From Spirochaetota bacterium (GTDB lineage Bacteria > Spirochaetota > UBA4802 > JAGODF01): a stretch of 64,000 bases of DNA. This document shows, one piece after another, positions 1 through 8,832 of the stretch (position 1 is the stretch's first letter; each line of letters opens with the position of its first letter). Made by a program: the position numbers and the translations under genes. The stretch lies in contig DAIUCD010000001.1 of NCBI GenBank assembly GCA_036846345.1, positions 194,723-258,722 on the forward strand, read 5' to 3'. Under the pieces are notes generated by a model. It did not search any database, had not been told where the DNA came from, and saw only the letters and a list, made by a program, of their open reading frames with translations.

Positions 1-251
1 ATGATAACATCATAAAACAGGCCATTCATCTAAAAAATACATACACCTTCATCGCACATGGGGAAAAAGACGGCATGGTTCCCTGCGATCAATCTCGCCT
101 TCTCACCATACGCCTTCTTCAACTGATGAACAAAGACAAGTCTTATTATAAACCCGAGTTCTATATTAAAGTGAAGAAATTCCATAACTGGGAATTCTGG
201 CGCATGATGGTTCCTCCCATGATGGAATTCTTTGATCGATCACTGAAATGA
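1..251 (+). CDS. C-terminal fragment of an alpha/beta-hydrolase (S9 peptidase / dienelactone-hydrolase-like). The 5' end lies outside the window.
   Basis: Frame 3 reads ...IAHGEKDGMVPCDQSRLL...FHNWEFW...* and stops at 249-251. The HGxxDxxVP motif is typical of the catalytic His/Asp region of S9 and related alpha/beta hydrolases. Confidence 0.4.
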   Translation, partial: DNIIKQAIHLKNTYTFIAHGEKDGMVPCDQSRLLTIRLLQLMNKDKSYYKPEFYIKVKKFHNWEFWRMMVPPMMEFFDRSLK

Positions 252-267
252 TGGTATTCTGATCGTC

Positions 268-780
268 ATGAGAATTCCTTTTACTATTTGCTGTATCATC
301 TGTTTAATACCCTTTTTAACCTGCCAAAGTTCCGCTCCCTCAAGGCATCCCTCCTATAATTATATCTGTATTTATCATAACAAGCATCATCTCAATAACA
401 AAGAAGAAATGGCACAATGCTATGGGCTATCAGCCAAAGAATTAGATACTTGTTACCGTTTCAGCGAATCCAATCCAACTGACAGCGAGGATAATATTAA
501 ACGTACTGCTGAAGAAACCCGGGATGCAGTGGAAAACAAAATCGTCGATTATATCGTCAATCGGTTGAAAAGGAAAATGGGTAAGGAATTCTATAAAAAT
601 TGGACCTATGATAAGATGGAAATTCCCGCCATTTTTCGTGATTTTGTCGCTAGGGACAATAAACGTTATTTTATAAAAACTGTTGCCGTGATAAAAAAGT
701 CAGATCTTTCCGATTACGCCCTTATCAACTACCTGCCTCTTGAATATAAAATGCATTTTCTTGAAAAGGATAAAAAGTAG
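268..780 (+). CDS. Hypothetical protein. The real start is more likely the ATG at 409 (123 aa), because the first 47 codons are an implausible Cys-rich hydrophobic stretch.
   Basis: ORF only; no recognisable motif. Confidence 0.3.
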   Translation: MRIPFTICCIICLIPFLTCQSSAPSRHPSYNYICIYHNKHHLNNKEEMAQCYGLSAKELDTCYRFSESNPTDSEDNIKRTAEETRDAVENKIVDYIVNRLKRKMGKEFYKNWTYDKMEIPAIFRDFVARDNKRYFIKTVAVIKKSDLSDYALINYLPLEYKMHFLEKDKK

Positions 781-850
781 ACTTCTTTTTATGTATTGAC
801 ATTTTATTCTTTTTCTTTCCTCATGTTAAACCAATGCAGCGATAAACCTC

Positions 851-1138
851 ATGTCCCAGGATAAAACGATGAAAACCATAGTAACCATTGTTCTATTATC
901 AGCACTCATTTTTACAGGCTGCAGTCAAAAGAGTTTAAATAAAAACAACTACCAGATGTTATGGAACGATTATATTCAAAGGGAATTTGAAGAGAGCTTT
1001 GTTAAGGAACAATCCTCCGACCAGAGGAAAAAGATCATTGAGGACCTTGCTACTCAATACGGCTACAGTCTTGAGAATGTTAAATCCTATATGAAAAAGA
1101 ATCATGCGGATAAATACAGTAAAATCTTCATTTACTGA
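851..1138 (+). CDS. Small lipoprotein; likely start MKTIV at 869.
   Basis: Signal peptide with a lipobox (LIFTGCSQ). Confidence 0.4.
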   Translation: MSQDKTMKTIVTIVLLSALIFTGCSQKSLNKNNYQMLWNDYIQREFEESFVKEQSSDQRKKIIEDLATQYGYSLENVKSYMKKNHADKYSKIFIY

Positions 1139-1247
1139 AGATACAGGACAATGCAGTCTCATCCATCCCGCTTCATTAAACACTTGGATTCATGTTTAGT
1201 TCTTTATGCGCCATTCTTCCATTCCTTAATATAGAGGGACTCCAATT

Positions 1248-2615
1248 ATGTTTAAAAAAATCAAGGAACGTGTTTTCCATTTTTCAATCCTTACCTTTTT
1301 TGCGGGATTATTTCTTGGCATCAATCTTTCCTTCAATCTTTCTGCAACCGAACCTGCCCATAAATATCTGGATTACTTTCACCATGTCTTTCAGTACATT
1401 CAGACCGATTATGTTGATACTATTAATACAAAGGACATTTTTTACGGGGCCATTAAGGGCATGATCCATGCTTTGAACGATCCTTTTTCGAGGTTTCTCA
1501 ATGAGAATGACTTCGCAGAGCTTAAAGAGGATACCACGGGGGAATTCGTGGGTGTCGGTATTGAAATTTCTGTTAAGGATGGGGAGGTGATTGTTGTTTC
1601 ACCCATCGAGGATACTCCCGCCATGCGTGCCGGTATAAAGGCTGGAGATATCATCTACAAAGTAAACGATACCATCGTTAAAAACAAATCTCTCGCTGAT
1701 ATCATAAAACTTATCCGCGGCATGACCAATACAAAGGTTAAATTACTCGTAAAGCGAGAGGGTTTTGATGGCTTCCTTGATTTCGACATGGAGAGAGCTC
1801 CCATCAAAACCAAGAGCGTTAAATATGATGTCATCAGCGGTACTGAAATCGGTTATATTAAAATCAAAATGTTTAGCGCGGATACTCCCAGGGAAACGGA
1901 GGATGCCATCAAAAGTCTTTCATCAAAGGGGATAAAAAAAATCATCCTCGATCTTCGATGGAATCCAGGAGGTCTCCTGGATGGAGCGATCAAGATCGCC
2001 GAACTGTTCCTGGACAAGGATAAGACCATTGTAACCACGAAAGGCCGGGAGGGCTCCGGTAACGTCAAGGAATCCAAATCCATGCTAGAACCTGTTTACA
2101 AGGATAAACTTATTTTACTCGTCAACAGGGGAAGCGCCTCTGCCTCGGAGATTCTCGCAGGGGCCATAAGGGACAATCATCGTGGGAAACTGGTAGGAGA
2201 AAAAACCTTCGGAAAAGGTTCCATCCAAAAGCTTTTTCAGCTATCAGACAAGATAGGTGTTACTCTAACGGTAGCAAAATATTATACTCCCTCTGGGCTC
2301 AGTATACACGGCATAGGTATCAAACCCGATATCCCTGTGGAAGCGGACATCATCCCTGTTACTGACAGGAAAAACGTCAACCAGATCATTCGGGATAAGA
2401 TCACTGAAAAGTATGTCAAGTCCCATAAAGTCTATGATACTGCCAGCAAAACACATTTTCTGGAATATTTGAAGGGTAAAAACCTTTCCCTTTCTGATAA
2501 AACGGCATTTTTTCTTCTAAAAAATGAAATCAATAAATACTCGAAACCAGCTCCGTACGATCTGGAATTCGATACTCAGCTTCAAAAGGCAATACAGATC
2601 ATTAATGCAAAGTAA
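1248..2615 (+). CDS. ctpA: Carboxy-terminal processing protease (S41 peptidase with PDZ domain)
   Basis: PDZ segment GVGIEIS...AGIKAGDII. S41 core LVNRGSASASEILAGAI and KTFGKGSIQ. N-terminal transmembrane/signal segment. Confidence 0.88.
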   Translation: MFKKIKERVFHFSILTFFAGLFLGINLSFNLSATEPAHKYLDYFHHVFQYIQTDYVDTINTKDIFYGAIKGMIHALNDPFSRFLNENDFAELKEDTTGEFVGVGIEISVKDGEVIVVSPIEDTPAMRAGIKAGDIIYKVNDTIVKNKSLADIIKLIRGMTNTKVKLLVKREGFDGFLDFDMERAPIKTKSVKYDVISGTEIGYIKIKMFSADTPRETEDAIKSLSSKGIKKIILDLRWNPGGLLDGAIKIAELFLDKDKTIVTTKGREGSGNVKESKSMLEPVYKDKLILLVNRGSASASEILAGAIRDNHRGKLVGEKTFGKGSIQKLFQLSDKIGVTLTVAKYYTPSGLSIHGIGIKPDIPVEADIIPVTDRKNVNQIIRDKITEKYVKSHKVYDTASKTHFLEYLKGKNLSLSDKTAFFLLKNEINKYSKPAPYDLEFDTQLQKAIQIINAK

Positions 2616-3606
2616 TAGGGACATTGTCGGACTGGGACTGGAGAGTTCCTGTGATGAAACTGCCGTCTCCCTTGTCTTAAATGGCAATAAAATCCTTTCA
2701 AATGTTATCTTCAGCCAAATAGATCTTCATCGGGACTACTCCGGAGTAGTTCCGGAAATTGCCTCCCGGGCACACCTGGAGGTAATCAACGATCTCATTG
2801 AAAAAGCCATTAGTGAGGCCGGTCTAACCTTCCAGGATATACAATATGTTGCTGCCACAAACAGGCCGGGCCTTGTTGGCTCCCTTCTCATCGCCCTCCA
2901 GTCAGCCAAGGCGATTTCCTTTGCCCTGAACATCCCGCTAGTGGCATTGAACCATCTGGAAGCTCATCTTTATGCTCCCCATCTTGAGGGTCATCCGCTT
3001 CGTTTTCCCTTTCTGGGTCTTCTGATATCCGGAGGTAATACCGCGCTTTACAGGGTTCGGGATATTGGCAACATGGATCTCCTCGGGAAGACACTGGACG
3101 ATGCAGTAGGGGAGGCTTATGATAAAGTAGCCAAATTCCTCGACTTGGGTTATCCGGGCGGACCGATCATCGATAAAATGGCAAAACAAGCGAAAAGTAC
3201 AAAACTGACCCTACCTAAAATTCTGAGTACTGCCGACAGCGGATATCGTTTTTCCTATAGCGGTCTTAAAACTGCTGTCATCACCCATTACAGAGAAAAC
3301 CCTGGGGTCAACATCCCCGATCTTCTTTACAGTTTTCAAGAAAGGGCTTTGGAGATACTGATTCGCCGTGTTTTTTCTGCCTCCCAAGAGACAGGCATAC
3401 GAAGGATTGTTGTGGCAGGGGGTGTCGCATCCAACACCCGATTAAGGGAGATGCTCCGTCAGGAGATATCCACGGATCATGAACTCCTCATCCCATCTCC
3501 CATACTCTGCACTGACAATGCTGCCATGATTGCCGGATTAGGTTATCATTATTACTCAAGGGGCCTTTTTACAGATTTGACCGTTGATGTCAAAGCCCGG
3601 GTTTAA
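2605..3606 (+). CDS. tsaD: tRNA N6-adenosine threonylcarbamoyltransferase TsaD (Kae1/YgjD family)
   Basis: GLGLESSCDETAVSLV at the N-terminus, LNHLEAHL, ISGGNT and VVAGGVASN motifs. ATG at 2605 overlaps the ctpA 3' end by 11 nt; the tabulated ORF start at 2524 is a 5' extension. Confidence 0.9.
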   Translation: MQSNRDIVGLGLESSCDETAVSLVLNGNKILSNVIFSQIDLHRDYSGVVPEIASRAHLEVINDLIEKAISEAGLTFQDIQYVAATNRPGLVGSLLIALQSAKAISFALNIPLVALNHLEAHLYAPHLEGHPLRFPFLGLLISGGNTALYRVRDIGNMDLLGKTLDDAVGEAYDKVAKFLDLGYPGGPIIDKMAKQAKSTKLTLPKILSTADSGYRFSYSGLKTAVITHYRENPGVNIPDLLYSFQERALEILIRRVFSASQETGIRRIVVAGGVASNTRLREMLRQEISTDHELLIPSPILCTDNAAMIAGLGYHYYSRGLFTDLTVDVKARV

Positions 3607-4433
3607 AACGTTGAACTGACGCGGTTTTTCCCATCTTTTTTCGCCTTATACATGCTGAGATCAGCGTTTTTAATTAAATCATGTCCATCCTTGATCGACT
3701 CCGACATGCAGGCGATCCCAATACTCACCGTCACCAAACGCTGAAAACTCTCATCTGCGGTGGATCTGTCGCTAACGGATAACAGAAGTTTTTCTGCAAT
3801 ACGGCGGGCGTCCTTTTCCTTTGTATGGGGGAGGATGATTAAAAACTCCTCCCCACCGTAACGGCCGACCCTGTCCGTATTTCGAAGGCTGTTAGTGAGA
3901 ATCTCACTGACTATGATCAGAACCTTGTCCCCATCTTTATGCCCATAAGTATCATTATACATCTTGAAATCGTCTATATCAATAAACATAACCGAAAGAG
4001 GAAGGTTATACCTCTTTGCAATCTGAAACTCTTTTTCCAGTTCATAATGGATGACGGCATGCGAAAGAAGACCGGTCAGGCTGTCTCGCATGGCAGAATC
4101 AAAAGCAACCATCATGTCATCTTTAATGAAAATAATAATTTTGTCATTGATTCTGTCGCGGGTAAAATAATCAACGACTGCGGTTTTGATATTTACTTTT
4201 CTACCCAGAGCGGTTTCCATATCATCTCGATTCTTCAGTATGGACTCCCATGTAAACCGAGCCTCATTTTCATCAACGGTATAATGTAGTATTGCCTGCA
4301 TAAGAGCGGAATAGGGTGTATTTGTTTCATGTTTGAGCGAGGTGATGATGAAATTGAAAATCTCACAATCATCAATATCAGAAAGCAAATCCAGTTCAAT
4401 CCGTTCCTTCGCCTGTATGATCTTATGCAGCAT
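3603..4433 (-). CDS. GGDEF diguanylate cyclase with an N-terminal sensor domain of unknown type
   Basis: GGEEF active-site motif, with an RNTD I-site five residues upstream. Convergent 4-bp overlap with tsaD. Confidence 0.82.
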   Translation of the reverse strand: MLHKIIQAKERIELDLLSDIDDCEIFNFIITSLKHETNTPYSALMQAILHYTVDENEARFTWESILKNRDDMETALGRKVNIKTAVVDYFTRDRINDKIIIFIKDDMMVAFDSAMRDSLTGLLSHAVIHYELEKEFQIAKRYNLPLSVMFIDIDDFKMYNDTYGHKDGDKVLIIVSEILTNSLRNTDRVGRYGGEEFLIILPHTKEKDARRIAEKLLLSVSDRSTADESFQRLVTVSIGIACMSESIKDGHDLIKNADLSMYKAKKDGKNRVSSTF

Positions 4434-4442
4434 CCCTTTTTC

Positions 4443-5213
4443 CTATATATTAATTTCCAGGGTTACTGGACAATGATCCGAGCCCTCAATTTCCTTTAAT
4501 ATCCTGGAAGCGACGACTTTCCCATCCAGGCTTGCGCTTACAAAAAAATAATCTATCCTCCATCCGATATTTCTCTCCCTTGCCCTGGTCTTGTAATCCC
4601 ACCAGGAATAATGCCCTCCCTCTTCTGTAAACATACGAAAAGCATCAATATATCCATGGGAGATAAAAGTATCAATCCAGGCCCTTTCCTCAGGAAGGAA
4701 ACCCGATGTCTTCTCATTTTCCCTGGGGCGGGCCAGATCTAATTCAGTATGAGCTGTATTGAAATCCCCGCAGATTATTAAATGCTTCCCCTTTTGTCTC
4801 AAATCATCAGCATAGGATAAAAAGGCATCATAAAATTTCATCTTATAGCGTAACCGTTCTGAGGATGCTTTTCCATTAGGATAGTATATATTAAACAGAT
4901 AAAAGGATTCATGCTCGGTGATGAGAATCCGCCCTTCGCTATCAAATCCAGGATTACCAAACCCCCTGGCAACAGAAATGGGCTTTTCCCTGGAATAGGT
5001 AGCAACACCGCTGTAACCCTTTTTCTCTGCCGTCGAATAATACTTTAAGTAAGCTTCCCGCTCCTGCACAGCCTTGGGTATCTGTTCCTCGGAGGCCTTT
5101 GTTTCCTGTAAACAGAGAATATCAGGATTTTCCCTCTCCCACCAGTCGATAAAACCCTTTTTTTCAATGGCTCGTATACCATTGACATTCCATGAAATGA
5201 TTTTTAATCCCAT
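4443..5213 (-). CDS. xth: Exodeoxyribonuclease III (AP endonuclease, Xth/ExoA family)
   Basis: MGLKIISWNVNGIRA N-terminus; an EEP-fold motif ending GSDHCP. Confidence 0.88.
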   Translation of the reverse strand: MGLKIISWNVNGIRAIEKKGFIDWWERENPDILCLQETKASEEQIPKAVQEREAYLKYYSTAEKKGYSGVATYSREKPISVARGFGNPGFDSEGRILITEHESFYLFNIYYPNGKASSERLRYKMKFYDAFLSYADDLRQKGKHLIICGDFNTAHTELDLARPRENEKTSGFLPEERAWIDTFISHGYIDAFRMFTEEGGHYSWWDYKTRARERNIGWRIDYFFVSASLDGKVVASRILKEIEGSDHCPVTLEINI

Positions 5214-5412
5214 GTCGTAAATGTGTACTGTTTTTAACAGTATTCTTAAAAAATATTATTGTAATATTTCGATAACTTCAATCTTTTTATTCTATCTGAA
5301 CGGGATAATCTGGCTAAATTTACGTGCTCTCCGGTTTGAAGAGATGTAATTCCATGGATTATTGCCTTCATAATTCATCATGTAATCTTTATCAATGTAA
5401 GAACAATAGTTT

Positions 5413-6552
5413 ATGAAAACAACAATATTTTCATCATTGCTACTGCTTTTAATCGCATGTAAATCAGCTGAAGTAACTGAGAATACCCTCTATCGTGATA
5501 TAGCCCGTGATATATCCTCTGTGGAAGTACGCTTGAAAAACCGGGTTATAGCAGTTCTCCCCTTTGAAAATACGGACGAAAACACGAGCGCAGGAATCTA
5601 CGCCTCGGATAGGATCGTTCACGAACTCCTGCTGATAGGCAAGCTCTCTGTTGTGGAAAGGTCCAAGATCGAGAAGGTTTTGAATGAACAGGCCTTAAAC
5701 TACAGCGGAGCCGTGAAACACGACATGGCACTTAAGATAGGCCGCCTTCTCTCTGTTGAGGCAATAGTAGTTGGTACCATTATCCGAAAGGATAACCGCG
5801 ATGAAATCATAGTAAGAGTAATTCAAACTGAAACGGGGCTGATACTAAAATCTTCAATAAAATCCTTTGCAAGAAGTGATGTTAAAGACAACACATCAGG
5901 CAAAAAGACCGCCTCGGGAAGAATTTTCAACCCTGATGATGATGTAAGAATAATCCCGGCAGAGGGGAAAAAGTCTGCAAGACTTCTGGATGTTCAACTG
6001 GTGAAGTCGGGACGCAGTCTTTATTTTATCGGGCAGGTAGAAAATCAGGGTAAAATCACCCTCTCCCGACCAGATATAACCTTCCGTCTCCTGAACAAAT
6101 CCAGGAGACAGCTGGCCGTCGTTCGATGCTTCGGAAGCAGGTATGTAGCCCCGGGTGAAAAAATCCCTTTCATGGGCATCATCACCCCAAAACCAATGGG
6201 ATTTTCTTCCTATGAAATCATCTATGAACCTGAAGAAGAGATATACTTTCATCACTTGGTCAATTTCAGTAGCCGGGAAGAAAACTTCACACGTAAAAAA
6301 ATCCTGACAAGCTATGAACTGACAGGTATTTTCGTCAACAGAAGCAGGGATCATATTCGATATGCGCAGATCATTGTTTCTCTATATGATAAAAAGGGTA
6401 AATTCATTGGAAGCGCTAACGGGTTTGCCAGCAGGAAAGTTCTCTCTCCTGGGGCAGAATCTCCCTACAAGGTCTTGATTTTTCCCCATTCCCTTTCCGG
6501 GAAACCGGCCAGTTATAAACTGCATTTTTCCGCCCTGATAGCTAAGGATTAG
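5413..6552 (+). CDS. Lipoprotein with a CsgG/TolB-N-like N-terminal domain; function unknown
   Basis: Lipobox LLIACKS. VIAVLPFEN...VVERSKIEKVL...LSVEAIVVGTI resembles the N-domain of CsgG/LpoB/FlgO-type lipoproteins. Confidence 0.5.
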   Translation: MKTTIFSSLLLLLIACKSAEVTENTLYRDIARDISSVEVRLKNRVIAVLPFENTDENTSAGIYASDRIVHELLLIGKLSVVERSKIEKVLNEQALNYSGAVKHDMALKIGRLLSVEAIVVGTIIRKDNRDEIIVRVIQTETGLILKSSIKSFARSDVKDNTSGKKTASGRIFNPDDDVRIIPAEGKKSARLLDVQLVKSGRSLYFIGQVENQGKITLSRPDITFRLLNKSRRQLAVVRCFGSRYVAPGEKIPFMGIITPKPMGFSSYEIIYEPEEEIYFHHLVNFSSREENFTRKKILTSYELTGIFVNRSRDHIRYAQIIVSLYDKKGKFIGSANGFASRKVLSPGAESPYKVLIFPHSLSGKPASYKLHFSALIAKD

Positions 6553-6640
6553 CGGATCTGTGTTTAATTATGGGAAAAACCTGTTGCCATTTAGATGTAT
6601 ATAATTCATTTTGTTCCCTCACAATAATCAGGAGGATGCC

Positions 6641-7306
6641 ATGGAAATCAAGGTTCTGAAGGATATTTTTGAATCCAACCGGGAGATGGCCGATGAAATC
6701 AAATCTCTATTAAAAGAGAAACGGGTTTACATGATCGATCTCATGAGTTCTCCCGGTTCCGGTAAAACGACCATTACTGACCGTGTTATCAAATCGCTCA
6801 AGGATCAATACCGTATCGGTGTCATAGAAGGGGATATTAAAACAACCAAGGATGCAGAGAAACTTGCCAAACATGATATTCCAATACTACAAATCGAGAC
6901 ATCCCTTTTCGGAGGTGATTGCCATCTGGAAAGCTCCTGGATAAAGAAATCCCTGGAGCAATTTGATCTGGACAACATCGATCTCATGATCATCGAGAAC
7001 ATAGGCAATTTGGTTTGTCCTGCAGAATTCGAATTGGGTGATGATGAACGCGTCGTCGTCCTAAGCATAACTGAAGGCGAAGACAAGCCTGTCAAATACC
7101 CACTCATGTTTAACACTTCCAACACCCTTCTGCTCAACAAGATAGACCTGCTCCCATACCTGAATTATAACATGGATGAGGTCCTGGAGAATGTTAAAAG
7201 AGTAAATCCTAAGATAAATCTTTTTAAAATCAGCGCTACCAACGGTGATGGTTTTGATAATTTTCTGGACTATATGAAAAAGAAGATAGATTCAAAAATT
7301 AAATAG
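6641..7306 (+). CDS. hypB: Hydrogenase/urease nickel-incorporation GTPase HypB (G3E family)
   Basis: P-loop SSPGSGKTT, GGDCHLE and ENIGNLVCPAEFELG motifs. AGGAGG ribosome-binding site 5-10 nt upstream of the ATG at 6641; the tabulated ORF starts at a TTG at 6611. Confidence 0.85.
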   Translation: MEIKVLKDIFESNREMADEIKSLLKEKRVYMIDLMSSPGSGKTTITDRVIKSLKDQYRIGVIEGDIKTTKDAEKLAKHDIPILQIETSLFGGDCHLESSWIKKSLEQFDLDNIDLMIIENIGNLVCPAEFELGDDERVVVLSITEGEDKPVKYPLMFNTSNTLLLNKIDLLPYLNYNMDEVLENVKRVNPKINLFKISATNGDGFDNFLDYMKKKIDSKIK

Positions 7307-7322
7307 CATCCTGATCTTGTAC

Positions 7323-7352
7323 AACCCCCTTCACCCAGGAGGGGGTTTTTTA
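7323..7352 (+). terminator. Rho-independent terminator after hypB
   Basis: AACCCCCT-(9 nt loop)-AGGGGGTT hairpin followed by a run of six T. Confidence 0.75.
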
Positions 7353-7443
7353 TTGATATTCTGTTTGTTTCAAGGCATATTAATATACATTAGAAGCTGT
7401 TTATATTTCATTTTCTCTTTGATTGCTGCCAGAATAGAACTCG

Positions 7444-8832
7444 ATGTTTAAGGATCAAGAAAACTTCTATAACCTTCTTTATGATAGCCTGGGATCAGAA
7501 CAGGTTTCCCGGGATTTGGACATCCTTGAAACATACTCCCGCGATGAAACATCCGATCTTAACGGCTTGGCTGATATTCTCGTTCGTGCACGGGATACAT
7601 CTGATGTCAGCAAGGTGTTAAAGCTCTGCAATGAGCATAGAATTCCAGTCATACCTCGCGGAGCCGGTACCGGCGTGACCGGCGGAGCCGTTCCGATTCA
7701 GGGAGGGCTTGTACTTTCTCTTGAGAAAATGAACCGCATCATTGAAATTGATCCCCATAACATGACCGCCACGGTCGAGCCTGGTGCTATCACAGGTGAT
7801 ATTCAGCGAAAGGCAAGGGAATGGGGCCTCATGTATCCTCCCGATCCCGCCAGTCTCGATTCCTGTTCCATCGGTGGTAATGTCGCCGAAGGGGCAGGGG
7901 GACCCAGAGCCGTCAAATACGGCACCACCAAGGACTATATTATCGGTCTTGAATTCGTTCTTCCTGACGGCAGCATCATTCAAACCGGGGGCAAATTTGT
8001 AAAAAATGCTACCGGGTATAATTTGATCGGCATTCTCATAGGCTCCGAGGGAACCCTTGCAGTTGTTACTAAAATTGTATTAAAACTGATACCTCTTCCT
8101 CCCCATTCCATAGACCTGCTGATCCCCTTTCCCACGCTGGATAATGCCATTGATGCCGTTTATACCATCACATCCTCCCGTATTATCCCTGCAGCCATTG
8201 AATTCATGGAAGAAGATGCAATAAGGTTGGTAGCTGGCTTTCTTGGTGAGGATATGCCCTTTCCCTCAGCAGGGGCTCACCTGCTGATACAGATAGACGG
8301 GAATACCGAAGATGCAATTAGCCATACTCTAAATACCATCACCACTCTTCCTGGAATCGACCAGGATTCTGTCTTCGTTGCTGAAACAGAGAGTCAGCGC
8401 AATCGCATCTGGAAGGCCAGACGCTCCATTCGTGAAGCTATCCACCATACCAGCCCGGTATTCCTTGCTGAGGATTGCGTCGTCCCCCGCTCCAACATCC
8501 CTGCTTTTCTCAAGGGTCTTAAAGCCATTTTTAACAGGGAAGGGCTTTCTTCGGTGATGTTCGGCCATGCCGGAGACGGAAATGTTCACATAGATGTACT
8601 CAAAGGGAAACGGGATTACACAGAATGGAAGTCACTATTGCCGGGTCTAAAAGCTTTGATATACCAGGAAGCTCTTTCTCTGGGAGGGACCATAACCGGT
8701 GAGCACGGGATTGGCTACATACGGCGAGACTACCTACCTCTGGCTTCATCTCCTGAAGAAATTGAGCTGTTAAAACGGATCAAACGGGCCTTTGATCCCC
8801 ATATGATATTAAACCCCGGGAAGATCCTTTGA
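7444..8832 (+). CDS. FAD-linked oxidase (GlcD / D-lactate dehydrogenase family)
   Basis: FAD-binding PCMH motif PRGAGTGVTGGAVP, and GEHGIG in the C-terminal FAD-oxidase domain. Confidence 0.82.
   Translation: MFKDQENFYNLLYDSLGSEQVSRDLDILETYSRDETSDLNGLADILVRARDTSDVSKVLKLCNEHRIPVIPRGAGTGVTGGAVPIQGGLVLSLEKMNRIIEIDPHNMTATVEPGAITGDIQRKAREWGLMYPPDPASLDSCSIGGNVAEGAGGPRAVKYGTTKDYIIGLEFVLPDGSIIQTGGKFVKNATGYNLIGILIGSEGTLAVVTKIVLKLIPLPPHSIDLLIPFPTLDNAIDAVYTITSSRIIPAAIEFMEEDAIRLVAGFLGEDMPFPSAGAHLLIQIDGNTEDAISHTLNTITTLPGIDQDSVFVAETESQRNRIWKARRSIREAIHHTSPVFLAEDCVVPRSNIPAFLKGLKAIFNREGLSSVMFGHAGDGNVHIDVLKGKRDYTEWKSLLPGLKALIYQEALSLGGTITGEHGIGYIRRDYLPLASSPEEIELLKRIKRAFDPHMILNPGKIL

Noticed and set aside
268-408. 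Cys-rich hydrophobic N-terminus of the 170-aa ORF (MRIPFTICCIICLIPFLTCQ...)
   Set aside because: It looks like read-through translation of the non-coding spacer after the truncated hydrolase gene. The internal ATG at 409 is the more plausible start if the ORF is real at all.
959-1183. Antisense or alternative-frame ORFs inside well-supported genes (for example 959..1183-, 1442..1654-, 2736..3189-, 5896..6354-, 6805..7140-, 10050..10640-, 11661..12127-, 13779..14402-, 16538..16934-, 20183..20716+, 30381..30653+, 56272..57050, 60899..61603-)
   Set aside because: They lie entirely within, and opposite or out of frame to, genes with strong motif support. They lack start-site signals and have non-protein-like composition (Ser/Pro/Arg-rich frame shadows).
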